Source: Nemertoderma westbladi
Lineage: Eukaryota > Animalia > Xenacoelomorpha
Assembly (NCBI GenBank): GCA_032718475.1
Contig: JAUCBJ010006769.1
Span: forward strand, 47,901 to 111,900
Length of the DNA: 64,000 bases
Reading direction: 5' to 3'
Of this stretch, positions 46,069-59,600 are shown one piece after another. The position numbers and the translations under genes were made by a program. The stretch's first letter is position 1. The number at the start of each line of letters is the position of its first letter. The notes under the pieces were generated by a model. That model was not told the DNA's origin. It was given only the letters and a program-made list of their open reading frames with translations, and searched no databases.

Positions 46069-47057
46069 GCCTGGTTCACAATTGTGTAGTTGTTACACAC
46101 ACACGTATGTGGGGCGAGCCACGAAGTGAGCGAAGCCTTAGCATATGGGTGCCATTGGCGAGTTGTCTGTCGTCGTCTGTCGTCGTAAATTTTTGATCGC
46201 TAATAACTCGGTTATTCCTTGATAAAATTAAACGAAACTTGGTATGTATGTAGTCCGTCAAAAGTTTAGAAAGAATCTGAAGTTTCGTCAAAAACGAACG
46301 AACGCAACGAGGCACAATATGAGGACGAGTATTGTGTTGAAGACTTCTGACTAACGGCAGACAACTCGTTAATGGTACCCATATGCTAAATGCTTTGCTC
46401 ACTTCGTGCTGCGCGAAGGCCCCACGAACGTGTAGCTACGACACAAAGCCTTGTGTAGCTACACTTGTGTAGTCGTTTTTCTACACGAGGTGTTGTGTAG
46501 TAACTACACAAGGCCTTGTGTATGTGTAATTTTGCAACTACACAAGGGTTGAAATAAATTCAACTTTTTGGAAACTACACAAGGCATATTGAGTGTCTAT
46601 TTAGGTAAATAATCGTCTATCGTGTTCGTGTATGGTATAGATGCACACATTTCTCTGGTTTCTACGCGTCAATTCACTTTCTCAGATTTTCACCTAGCAA
46701 CGATAGTAGGTGGTCGAACTGATCGGGTGACATCCTCATGTACCTGAAGTACATTTCTGGGTCATTTATTCTCAACATGGGCACTAATTTATTAAATTCT
46801 GATAATTCTTTTCGTTTCTGGTAAGCAGGCCGCACCCATCACCTTATTTTCCTTTTTCTCATTAATTTTTTGCTATCATTATACATTTGGTAGCTGTAAT
46901 TACCGCAACAAGATCATCATTATCTGCCATTTCTCGAATATAATTGTAGAATACACAAGACTAAATACACAAAGTTGTGAACATTCACTACACAATACCT
47001 TGTGTAGAATGTGTATTCTACTACACATGTGTAGCTACACAAGATTGTGAACCAGGC
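46069..47057. mobile_element. Non-autonomous DNA transposon with 14-bp TIRs
   Basis: GCCTGGTTCACAAT ... ATTGTGAACCAGGC, flanked by TTTA on both sides. Many internal TGTGTAG/CTACACA motifs. Confidence 0.75.
46110..46423. mobile_element. Foldback MITE-like segment nested in the element above
   Basis: CACGAAGTGAGCGAAGCCTTAGCATATGGGTGCCATTGGCGAGTTGTCTG is mirrored by CAGACAACTCGTTAATGGTACCCATATGCTAAATGCTTTGCTCACTTCGTG. Confidence 0.65.
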
Positions 47058-48719
47058 TTTAGGGTCAGGGTTTAGGTTGTTGATGATCATGGTCTTGGTC
47101 AGGTTAAGGTCATTGTGTTTTGGTTACTCCCTATTACTATAAGGATAAGAACGCTGATTAATTGATTGATCACTTGTGTTGTATACAGCACCAATTATTT
47201 TTCTTAATTGCTTAAAATTATGACTTTATCTCCATCTGGTGAGCGTGTTTGTATTTATAAATGAATGAAAGTGTGTTGGATGATTCATAATGAATGTGTG
47301 ATTAATTGCGACAGTTGTTCTCGTGCACCATGCATGCACCGTAAAACCACCATAAAGGAAAGGACTCGTGTCTCAAGTGTTGAGCTATTAAATTCTCTTT
47401 ACGGCAGTATCCTATGTAAATCTATTATTATTGTAATTTTTTCAACTCCTTATGATAACTTTATTGATTTTCAGTCCTGGTATCTTTATAACAGACAATC
47501 CCATCTTCAGTAGCCTCACTTTCCAAGCTCTACAATTCATTAGGCCTACTCTACTCTGTATCTATCCCCAACACACGAAGTGTTGTTATCACCGGTTTAA
47601 TAGGAATATGCTGGTCTCATTATGATGTGAGTCCACTGATGAGGATTGTATATCGAATGGGTTAGGTTTGATAAATATTTAATAAACTTATATCTTATCA
47701 GAATTTCAGAAGGACAATTTATGGAAATATTTATTATAAAATAGATGTGAAGAATTATTTTGATTTATTTCTTAATGTTTCCAAACAATGGACTTATTGT
47801 ATTGTGTCCAGTAAAGAGGGTTGTATTATTTAATTAAGCGTAAAATGTAATGACTCTCCAGTAGGTTAATTTGTTTGAATAGCCCGTGCCAGATAATGCA
47901 TTGCCTTGTTCCGGTTCAGGGAGACACATAGGGTTCATAATAATAGATTTATGTATACCAACTTAGGGAAGATTGCTATGTTGCTACAGCCATGAGTTTC
48001 CAAGAGTTTTTAGTCATTCAAGCTTTTTTCATATAGCATTTACTCAAAATGAATTATTTTTAGCTATACAGATAGATTTGATTGCAAATACTAAAATACT
48101 ACTATACCAATATTTAAATATTGTTATTATTCTAATTATGTTATTGCCTCAAGATTCATAGTTTCCAAAAACGACCGGTTTGTTCCGTAATCATCTTGGT
48201 GAAATTGTTTCTCTCAACAAACCAAAATAAACATTATCACTAGACCTGTGGTATTATAGTTACTGCGGTGGTCTTAATTCAAAAAAAGATCAAACATTCG
48301 CATATCGAATTCATATTTTCACTTTATTTAACCAACCTTACCTTTATTTACTTTTAAGTCCGTTCAACTTTTAATTGTTTATCCCATTTCTATATTATTA
48401 TTCCGGTCTTTATATAGGTCGCCTTCTCCATTTTTAATGCCATTAAATGCCTTTCAACAAATACACGCCTCAGTGGCCCCACAAGTATTCCAAGAGTATT
48501 TAATTGCTCTAACCTGTAAAGTATAAAAACCTACGCCGTCAGGCACAGGTGTCACACGGACACCCTAAACAATGATCATAGCTCAATATATGCACCCCAT
48601 TATAGCTAACCCGGCAGGTTACAGCCTCATATGGGCTTAATCTGATAAAGCTGCATTCCATTGTGTATAGTTTGTGGGTTTGGGTTCTAGCTAGGTGTGT
48701 AATAGGTTGACACGTCCTA

Positions 48720-49252
48720 TACACAATGTCCTTGAATATAGTGTCGTAATTCAGGTACCGGGACCCCCCCCCCCCCCCCCACATTTTGCTACAAACCTTA
48801 ATGAGATTTTTTATTTAAATAATAATTAAATTAAATAATAATTTAATTAGCTATAGTTTCACTACCCTTCTTAGTGGGTGTGCCACAATTTTTATTTTTG
48901 CTTTTATTCTTTAGCTACAAGTGTTTGAAAAAGTGTCTCTAGTTATTCTTCAATCTTATTGATTTGTTGGTAGTATTTGAATTTGGTTGGGAAATAGCGG
49001 AGATATGAGCATTCGAGAGTTGCATGTATTTGCTTCCCCCGCAGGCCATTTTTTATATTTAATAAATACACCATGTTCTAGAACATTCAATATAAGATTG
49101 CTGAATAACTGCAATAGTACGACTAGTCCAATATCGCTGGAGACACCTTTTTCAAACACTTGTAGCTAAAGAGTAAAAGCCAAAATATAAATTCTGACTC
49201 ACCCGAAGTAAAGAGGATGGAATCACGACACTGTATTCCAGGACATTGTGTA
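48720..49252. mobile_element. Foldback MITE-like element
   Basis: Outer inverted pair TACACAATGTCCTTGAATATAGTGTCGT / ACGACACTGTATTCCAGGACATTGTGTA. Inner pair CTTTAGCTACAAGTGTTTGAAAAAGTGTCTC / GAGACACCTTTTTCAAACACTTGTAGCTAAAG. Confidence 0.7.
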
Positions 49253-51241
49253 ATACAATGTAATACTTTTTTTAGTAAATAATAGAGCATGCTATGATGT
49301 TATGTATATAGCAGGTAACTGAAATATTTATACTGGATGAAAAACTTAATAGACTTCAATACACTAACAATGTAAAGTGTAAAACTCAAACATGTAAATT
49401 CACGCTGAAACTTAATGTCGTTTTATTTTGTAACCAAATCCGCAGGCAGAAATATCATCGTGGGTGTTTTATTATCCTAGAGTCCCTGAAACATATCAGG
49501 TGTAAATAATTATCGCTGAAGAAATTGATTTTAATCTTTTAGTGTGAAATTAGTTATCAGCGGGAGGTCCAAAGATATCTACAAAGGGACATTCCATATC
49601 GCCTAGAGTTTAATCAATTCATTGTTCGTTTTAGAAATCGATTTCGATGGTTTTTAATTTTTACACTCGTCATTCTCTCCCAAAACGTGATCAAATACCC
49701 ACGTCACTCACATAGTGTTGCTGGGTGCTCTGGGTGCTGGGTGTGTAGGACTAAGTTCACACGCGACTGACAACTCAACCATGTAATATATCGTGCAAAC
49801 ATATACGCCTATCAAAATCCCGAACCAATTGTTCTCTTGAAATCCAATACATATTATGCAGACAGAAGAGGCCTTGATATTCACACATACAGCCCTGGAA
49901 ACATACATACAAACTGTCGCACTTATTGTTCTATTATACAAGCATTATTAACGCAACCAATCTATCGCAAGTATGCCTTTCTCACAGCATAAGTAATGGG
50001 CCACCGTTGATTGATTACGACTTACCGGCAGCTGGCAGTGTCTGCTATTGCTTTGTCTCTCTCTTGGTTGGTTTTACTACAATAGTTCCGGGGGTATTGC
50101 AATACACCAGGAAATGTCAATCTTCTCCGGGCCTCCTACCAGGGTGTACTGTACCACACAGTGATCAGTATAAGGGCCCCTATTCTATTCATTGTTTGGG
50201 TCGAACTGTCAGTCAATGTGTGTGGTATAGGGCCAGCTGGGTTGTATGGAGTACATACCACTCAAACTCCCATTGTGTATGCCTGCCCTCAATTATTGCG
50301 GACAATTAACCATCTATTTGGGTTTCATTATTAATAGAGCGACTTTATATATATTTATAGGGTGTAGTTATGCTGCTATGAATTTACTGGCAACTACTTT
50401 ACATCCATCCATCCATCCCCAATGCGCTTAAAACGGTTTGGATGGTTCTTTTTCGTTAATTTTCATTAACATCATGGGATTTGCATTTGCAGACATGTTT
50501 TTTTCAAACGTTTGTAATAAAGACAGTGAAAACGAAAATAAATAAATATAACTCACCCCCAAAGAAAATAGCTAGTCAATAGTTCGACTACCTGTTCCAA
50601 ATTTCTTTCGCTTATGAATAAACTTTACTTATGAGTAAAGTTCCCTTAAGTGTATATCGGTGTATATAAAGATTATATCAGTGTATAGTAATTCAATATT
50701 TTTTTTATGTTTACACTTGACTCATACGAGAAAATTAACACGAATTTTTATTCCTACGAATTATTGCGTTTTTTATCGCTTTCCTGTCCCAATGTGTTTG
50801 AAGTAACAATATAAATTCCCTTACTTTTTAGTTAATAAGTTATTTATTAGTCGACTTTGTCATGAATGACATTTTTTCTCTTGAAATCCTTTCCGATCAG
50901 CGGCTCTGTAATATCCTGTACACGTGCTATGCTACCTACCGTAGTACAGCAGTATAGGTCCCTTCGGCTATTTCTTCCCGCCACTGCGTAGACAGCGATG
51001 TTATATTGTCGATAAAATAGTCTTCTATTGTTCGCAACTTTTATTAATATGTAACTACAACATGAACAAAGGAAATGTTGATTCACTGTTCAATTATATT
51101 CCAACAACATTATGCGGCTGTCTGTTATAATATAGTTGTTATATTCCACTAATTCGTATGTTTTAAACTGAAAGTATAATATGTTTCTGTTCTTTTTATT
51201 TTTTTATTTTTATTAAATTGATAATTTCTTTTATTTTGCAG

Positions 51242-51313
51242 AGATTTAAGCGCCAACAGAATTTCCATAGTTACACCAGGAGCTTTCAATGGCCTGGGGA
51301 AACTCAAGAAACT
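51242..51313 (+). CDS. ADGRA3: ADGRA-like exon 3 (one LRR, 72 nt)
   Basis: ttttgcag| DLSANRISIVTPGAFNGLGKLKKL |gtaagt, phase 2. Confidence 0.9.
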
Positions 51314-53496
51314 GTAAGTTGATAGTTCAATTCTCATTATTGGCGAACTGCGTATATTTTTAATAATACGCTCGCTACGTGCGTTTGTGCGAATATGGTT
51401 GAAGGTTAATACGATGTAGTGAGTATTATGTGAGTAGGGATACAATGTATAGTTGTTTATTACACAGGAAACTTTTTTCAACTTGCAACATTGCCCCAAC
51501 CGGTAGTGTGATGCAAGGTTAAGTACAAATTCGCACTGCAGATGTATATGGGGGGGTATATGGAAGTCATTACTCATGAAATACAGTAAACCTGTTCACA
51601 AGGTCAAGGAATAAATAGCATTACATTTCTCAACCTTTGTATTATATGACACGCATGTTTTTTTGTTTTTTTTTAATGATTTGATCCTGCGCCCCATATC
51701 CGTATTATCTTCCCATATGGACCTGCCACACACATGGTTCTACTATATGTTTGTGAGAGGCAATGTACTTCACACGCCTATTCGTCCCATCTAGCCATCA
51801 GTACACCGCTTCTCTATGGGGGTAACATTATGTTTCTTATCCTATTCTATAGCAGACGGACTCCCATGGGGTCTTATGGTTAATAACACCTCATTTTCAT
51901 TAAATTTTCCAACTTTGGGTAATAAAAACCCTATTTATATAAATAATATATCAGGGAAATATGAAAGCCTTGAACAGAACTTGAACACTGCGAATATATT
52001 GTTGTTATAAGATTAATAATCTCTATATTTTCACTTTCACTCGCCTTTTTTCGTTTCATCTCCATCTTCCATGAATGCGCTATTTATTTAATCTGGGTAG
52101 GTTTTGTATTTAAAGAAACTCAATTTATAAAATGTGCCCTAAACTGCCACAACTTGTTACCAGCGTATTGTTAAGGTTAATTGACTTGGTGGTGTTGTGA
52201 TTAACATTGGTGTAGCTTGGTTACCGATACTAGGTATATGGTTCCACCTTCCTTCCCTCCCTTTCCTTCCTGTACTGTACAGCCCACCCTACTACCTACC
52301 GGTAACACTACAACCTGCTGCTATCTGCTAATTATCAATTCCCAAGCTACTATGCTTGCTACTAATGCTACTATGCATTAGGAACTGGGTGGACACAAGC
52401 CATAATGTGGCGCTCTCTCGTTTCTCCATACAGCGTTACTGTAGTGAGGGCTGGTCCGTTTTATACACAATCATAACATTTTTTTTTAATATTCTAACTG
52501 TGTAGGTTTTTTTTAGAAGATAGTAACGTAAGTGTTAAGATAACATAACATTGAAACTCAAGGTTATATATTTTTACAATATAACAAGTAACAAGTTATT
52601 ATAACTAGACAGGCACTACTGGTGAAGGTAAATTGGGTCCAGTCCACTCCACAGTACAAGAAGGTAGAAGCCGCAGATATACCGATCATACATTCTCATC
52701 CACTGACTTTGCGGATGAATCCTGTTTTCTAAAATGCTATAGGAGATGCACAACTTCAACTGAACAAATCGGAAACGGCTGTTAAAGAGATTGAATATAA
52801 ATGCTACCAAAACCGATTTCATGACATTTATAGTCACGATGTAAGCCATCGATAATAAACAAATAAAGAATATTATTAACGACTTCCAGTACCGCAGTAG
52901 TACCTTGGGTACTGGAATAGATAACTCCATCTAGAATGCTGCTGATATTCTTGTTTTATCTAATTGATTCGCATACTATTCTGAATAAATCCACAACCCT
53001 TTCCATAAATCAACCAGAACTTCAAAGTAACGTTATCCACTAACTACATCCAACCCAATTACTTTTATCTGTCATTAGCAGTTTCCACATATAGGCGCTT
53101 CCTTAAAGATTAACTCGGTACCACCGGAGTTAATTATACCAAATGGATATAATTAGTTGCCGGTTAATTCCCTGGGATCCAACATTCCTTGCCCATGGAA
53201 TCGTAAAGCCCACTTATATCATTTCCCCACACTAAGTAGAGAGAACCATCCCTTTATGCTGCCTCCCAGCTATCATTTATCTCTCCCATCAAATCCCCTC
53301 CATTCCTCGTCAATCTAAATTACTGTCTTTTTCATTTCGCCCCAAAGGCGTAGGAGTATCAGCTACTGGTGTTAAGCCCCCGTTTTAGTACAACCAAAAT
53401 CGAATCTTAACTTACTCTATCTTTGCTACATGTTCGATATCGTATGGTTGGGAGTCTGACCTCTCAGATAAGGTTTAGATTCACAGATTCAGTTAG

Positions 53497-53875
53497 TACA
53501 GAGTGGAAGGGTTTACTGTGGAAGATCACCAATGGTGGTGAACAGGCTTTCCTTTAGGAAACAGAGTGGACGGGTTTACTGTGGAAGTTCACCCATGGTG
53601 GTGAACATGCAGTCTTTTAGGAAACAGAGTGGAAGGGTTTACTGAGGAAGATCACCCATGGTGGTGAACATGCAGTCTTTTAGGTAACAGAATGGAATGG
53701 TTTACTGTGGAAGATCAGCCATGGTGGTGAACAGGCATTCCTTATAAGGAAACAGAGAGGAAGGGTTTACTCTTTACTGTGGAAGATCACCCATGGTGGT
53801 AAACATGCATTCGTTTAGGAAACAGAGTGGAGTTTACTGTGGAAGATTACTAATGGTGGTGAACAGGCTTTCCTT
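53497..53875 (+). repeat. 63-bp tandem repeat, about 6 copies
   Basis: CAGAGTGGAAGGGTTTACTGTGGAAGATCACCCATGGTGGTGAACA... at 53499, 53562, 53625 and onward. Confidence 0.9.
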
Positions 53876-54454
53876 GACGTAATGAGTCTAAAATGAAAAA
53901 TGATTCTCAAATTATTATATTATGTGTATGTACTATTCACCTCAAATAACATCTGAGATATATTATTCCACGTCACTAATTTCACCTCAAATTATCATTC
54001 AAAGACGAAACCTCCGGCATCCTGTTGGAATAGCTAACCGGTATAATTAATCGCTTAAAGATAATTATTAGCTAATCAGTTTCCCTCCTGTCCCGTTTTG
54101 GTTGCAGTTAAGAATATTTGATCTTTATACTCAAGTCAGTATTTGGTAAAAAAAATATCCTTAGTGTACGAGAAACAGGAAATTAAATTTCAACTTAGTT
54201 CCATTTATTTGTGATAAACGAAATCTCCGTTCGTCGAATCTAATGGTTCAGGTTATAAATCGCATTTCATTACGTATAATAATATCAATTAATGTAGTCG
54301 ATGCTATCGTCATAATCAAATATTATCTTTAGATTTTTTATTTTACTTACATTAATATTTACATTTCTGATAGAATATTGATAGACTGATATAATGATTT
54401 CATTGTGTCAATTCTAGTCTCTTATTATCGTTTCTAATGTTTTTCTTTACACAG

Positions 54455-54526
54455 AGATCTGTCTTACAACCGATTGAGTTCGCTAAGTAACGAGATGTTT
54501 CATGGGCTTATGACGTTGGAAAAACT
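54455..54526 (+). CDS. ADGRA3: ADGRA-like exon 4 (one LRR, 72 nt)
   Basis: tttacacag| DLSYNRLSSLSNEMFHGLMTLEKL |gtaagt, phase 2. Confidence 0.9.
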
Positions 54527-56281
54527 GTAAGTATTAACTCCAAAATGTTTTGTTTTTATTATTAACTAACTATTTTTGGAATATTCAGTAGAATAGAATA
54601 CTGTAGTTGTATATTTCGTACTACTGTCTCCTTCTCTCTCTCTTTCTCTCCCGACCATGCCCAGGTTTCGAACCCTGACAGGTCGAGTCGGGCAGTCAAC
54701 CACTCCACCATAGGGGCACTCAGCTAATGGTTAGCAGTATGCGTGGGTATGGAATTAACTCTCAAAAATTACACAAGGGGAATTAATTCCTGGGCGACGA
54801 ACCGTAAGAACAAATCCCTTTTCCTGCTACACTAGTGTAACTAATTGTGGTAGTTTTGGATGGAGATGGAGAAACATTAGAAATACACCAAGTGAACTAA
54901 TTGAAATGTAACGAACATAGATATCGAAATTGGGAAAATAATCTAGGCGTTGGGAATGCCGTGAGGAGGGTGTGGGTAGCGAACGCCTTAGGTAAGGTAA
55001 TTGGATTGGAAGTGATTCCTGAGGGGGGATCGCAGGTACAAGATCAGCAGTATAATGTGCGAGTTGTGCGCGGGAATTATAACATACGGCGAGGATAGAG
55101 ATGTATTCCATTGTAATTAAACCGAGTCCTATTCCTTAGTGAATACCAATACGATCGCGTTTCACTGTCAAGGATAACTTTATATATATTCTCTAACATC
55201 TGCTTTGTACATAATACAGTACAGAGTGGAGGGTTTTTTTTCCATTGATTCCACCCAGATTGTGGGTGGAGTTAATGTACCGATTCAAGGATTTCTTTCA
55301 TTCATTCAGGGTAGTTGGAGACTATTACTGCACGTTTCCGTATAATTCCTTGGCTATTAAAGGCTATTATTTGGATTCCTACTTGCCACTTCCCAAGCCC
55401 TCGACTGTGCTTCCCTTAATTAGGCTCAATGTCATTGTGTTTACTCCTTTGTCGACGGGAGTGTCACTATCTCCCGTATCTATGGAATATACTCCACGTT
55501 TTTTTCTCGCTCACGGCATCTTCGTTATCAATTGTAATTTTATTAAACTCTGTACTGCTAGTTTTCCATTCAAGGTCTCCATTTCTTCCATCTAAACTAA
55601 TATTTATTGTTACTTTCCGTTACATATGATACGAGACAGGTGATATATGTATCAGTTAGTTATCCTCCTCACTCCTATACAGCCAACTCGTTTCTCCTAT
55701 ACATTACCTCCTTCCTACACTTTACTTTATTTCCCTTCCCTACTTAATACGTTATTATCCTCCCATTCTCGATATTTAACCCCCCCCCCCCCCCCCGCCT
55801 CCACTACACTCCACTTACACTATACTTTATTTTCCTTCACAACTCCATACTACACTACACTTAATTTCCCTACCCTTCTCACTACTTTATTTACCTTCAG
55901 GGCTCTAGGCTTTATTTTCCTCTCCCCTACCCTATTCTTTATTTCCTTCCCTCCCCATAGACTATTAATCTCCATTCTATACTCTCCTCCCTTCCATTAT
56001 AAAACACTTTATTGCCCTCACACACTCTATACTTTATTTCCCTCATATTGTCTCTACACTATTCTCCTCCCAAAGAATGGACTTTATCTCCGCTATACTT
56101 TATGTTCCTCCCATCCCTCGTTACTCTACTTTATTTCCCTGCAATACTCTATAATTTGTTTCCGCGCCAGCTATAAAATATATATCTCAATTCCGGTAAA
56201 ACTATACTTTATTTCCCTCACACTCCTTATTTATTTGCCTCTCCTCCCCTACTCTATACTTTATTTCCCTCTCCTTCGCAG

Positions 56282-56657
56282 CACCTTATCCGGTAACCCC
56301 ATCGCCCGCCTCCCTTCCGACACCTTCGACCAGGTACCGAGTCTCCGTTACCTTGAACTCGCCACGGAATCCCTCACCTGCGACTGCGACCTGCGGTGGA
56401 TTGTCGGATGGCGTCGGAACAAACTGGTCCGACTCTCGGAGGATACGACGTGTAAGAAACCCGCGGCGATGCGGGATGCCGTTGTGCGGAAACTCAAACC
56501 CAACGATATGCACTGCGACTGGCCGGTGGAGGTTGACACCTTCATTATGCGACCGTTCGTACAACAACTCGTATTCAAAGGAGATAAATTACCGTTCGAA
56601 TGTCGGGCTACCAAAGTAGATGGCTCGACCCATCTAGTGTGGGTAAAAGACAAACAG
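56282..56657 (+). CDS. ADGRA3: ADGRA-like exon 5 (last LRR, LRR C-cap, start of Ig domain); gene continues beyond the window
   Basis: TLSGNPIARLPSDTFDQVPSLRYL...LTCDCDLRWIVGW...TTC..P...MHCDWP...QQLVFKGDKLPFECRA resembles the QVVFEGDSLPFQC segment of GPR124/125. Acceptor ttcgcag, donor CAG|gttggt. Confidence 0.85.
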
Positions 56658-56676
56658 GTTGGTGTAACAACTGTTT

Positions 56677-59600
56677 AACTGATTGTTCGTGTAATGTATC
56701 ACTCTATCTGATTGTTCGTGTAATGTATCACTCTATCTGATTGTTCGTGTAATGTATCACTCTATCTGATTGTTCGTGTAATGTATCACTCTATCTGATT
56801 GTTCGTGTAATGTATCACTCTAACTGATTGTTCGTGTAATGTATCACTCTAACTGATTGTTCGTGTAATGTATCACTATATCTGATTGTTCGTGTAATGT
56901 ATCACTCTAACTGATTGTTCGTGTAATGTATCACTCTAACTAATTGTTCGTGTAATGTATCACTCTATCTGATTGTTCGTGTAATGTATCACTCTATCTG
57001 ATTGTTCGTGTAATGTATCACTCTATCTGATTGTTCGTGTAATGTATCCCTCTAACTGATTGTTCGTGTAATGTATCACTCTAACTGATTGTTCGTGTAA
57101 TGTATCACTCTAACTGATTGTTCGTGTAATGTATCACTCTATCTGATTGTTCGTGTAATGTATCACTCTATCTGATTGTTCGTGTAATGTATCACTCTAA
57201 CTGATTGTTCGTGTAATGTATCACTCTAACTAATTGTTCGTGTAATGTATCACTCTATCTGATTGTTCGTGTAATGTATCACTCTATCTGATTGTTCGTG
57301 TAATGTATCACTCTAACTGATTGTTCGTGTAATGTATCACTCTAACTGATTGTTCGTGTAATGTATCACTCTATCTGATTGTTCGTGTAATGTATCACTC
57401 TAACTGATTGTTCGTGTAATGTATCACTCTAACTGATTGTTCGTGTAATGTATCACTCTAACTGATTGTTCGTGTAATGTATCACTCTAACTGATTGTTC
57501 GTGTAATGTATCACTCTAACTGATTGTTCGTGTAATGTATCACTCTATCTGATTGTTCGTGTAATGTATCACTCTAACTGATTGTTCGTGTAATGTATCA
57601 CTCTAACTGATTGTTCGTGTAATGTATCACTCTATCTGATTGTTCGTGTAATGTATCACTCTATCTGATTGTTCGTGTAATGTATCACTCTATCTGATTG
57701 TTCGTGTAATGTATCACTCTATCTGATTGTTCGTGTAATGTATCACTCTATCTGATTGTTCGTGTAATGTATCACTCTATCTGATTGTTCGTGTAATGTA
57801 TCACTCTATCTGATTGTTCGTGTAATGTATCACTCTATCTGATTGTTCGTGTAATGTATCACTCTATCTGATTGTTCGTGTAATGTATCACTCTATCTGA
57901 TTGTTCGTGTAATGTATCACTCTATCTGATTGTTCGTGTAATGTATCACTCTATCTGATTGTTCGTGTAATGTATCACTCTATCTGATTGTTCGTGTAAT
58001 GTATCACTCTAACTGATTGTTCGTGTAATGTATCACTCTAACTGATTGTTCGTGTAATGTATCACTCTATCTGATTGTTCGTGTAATGTATCACTCTATC
58101 TGATTGTTCGTGTAATGTATCACTCTAACTGATTGTTCGTGTAATGTATCACTCTATCTGATTGTTCGTGTAATGTATCACTCTATCTGATTGTTCGTGT
58201 AATGTATCACTCTATCTGATTGTTCGTGTAATGTATCACTCTAACTGATTGTTCGTGTAATGTATCACTCTAACTGATTGTTCGTGTAATGTATCACTCT
58301 ATCTGATTGTTCGTGTAATGTATCACTCTAACTGATTGTTCGTGTAATGTATCACTCTAACTGATTGTTCGTGTAATGTATCACTCTAACTGATTGTTCG
58401 TGTAATGTATCACTCTAACTGATTGTTCGTGTAATGTATCACTCTAACTGATTGTTCGTGTAATGTATCACTCTAACTGATTGTTCGTGTAATGTATCAC
58501 TCTAACTGATTGTTCGTGTAATGTATCACTCTAACTGATTGTTCGTGTAATGTATCACTCTAACTGATTGTTCGTGTAATGTATCACTCTATCTGATTGT
58601 TCGTGTAATGTATCACTCTATCTGATTGTTCGTGTAATGTATCACTCTAACTGATTGTTCGTGTAATGTATCACTCTAACTGATTGTTCGTGTAATGTAT
58701 CACTCTAACTGATTGTTCGTGTAATGTATCACTCTAACTGATTGTTCGTGTAATGTATCACTCTAACTGATTGTTCGTGTAATGTATCACTCTAACTGAT
58801 TGTTCGTGTAATGTATCACTCTAACTGATTGTTCGTGTAATGTATCACTCTAACTGATTGTTCGTGTAATGTATCACTCTATCTGATTGTTCGTGTAATG
58901 TATCACTCTATCTGATTGTTCGTGTAATGTATCACTCTAACTGATTGTTCGTGTAATGTATCACTCTAACTGATTGTTCGTGTAATGTATCACTCTATCT
59001 GATTGTTCGTGTAATGTATCACTCTAACTGATTGTTCGTGTAATGTATCACTCTAACTGATTGTTCGTGTAATGTATCACTCTATCTGATTGTTCGTGTA
59101 ATGTATCACTCTAACTGATTGTTCGTGTAATGTATCACTCTAACTGATTGTTCGTGTAATGTATCACTCTAACTGATTGTTCGTGTAATGTATCACTCTA
59201 TCTGATTGTTCGTGTAATGTATCACTCTATCTGATTGTTCGTGTAATGTATCACTCTATCTGATTGTTCGTGTAATGTATCACTCTAACTGATTGTTCGT
59301 GTAATGTATCACTCTAACTGATTGTTCGTGTAATGTATCACTCTATCTGATTGTTCGTGTAATGTATCACTCTATCTGATTGTTCGTGTAATGTATCACT
59401 CTAACTGATTGTTCGTGTAATGTATCACTCTATCTGATTGTTCGTGTAATGTATCACTCTATCTGATTGTTCGTGTAATGTATCACTCTATCTGATTGTT
59501 CGTGTAATGTATCACTCTAACTGATTGTTCGTGTAATGTATCACTCTAACTGATTGTTCGTGTAATGTATCACTCTATCTGATTGTTCGTGTAATGTATC

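Noticed and set aside
55647-56281. N-terminal 210 codons of the 343-aa ORF
   Set aside because: Pyrimidine-rich intronic low-complexity sequence (TATACTTTATTTCCCT-like repeats) that happens to be open; the real exon starts at the AG at 56280-56281.
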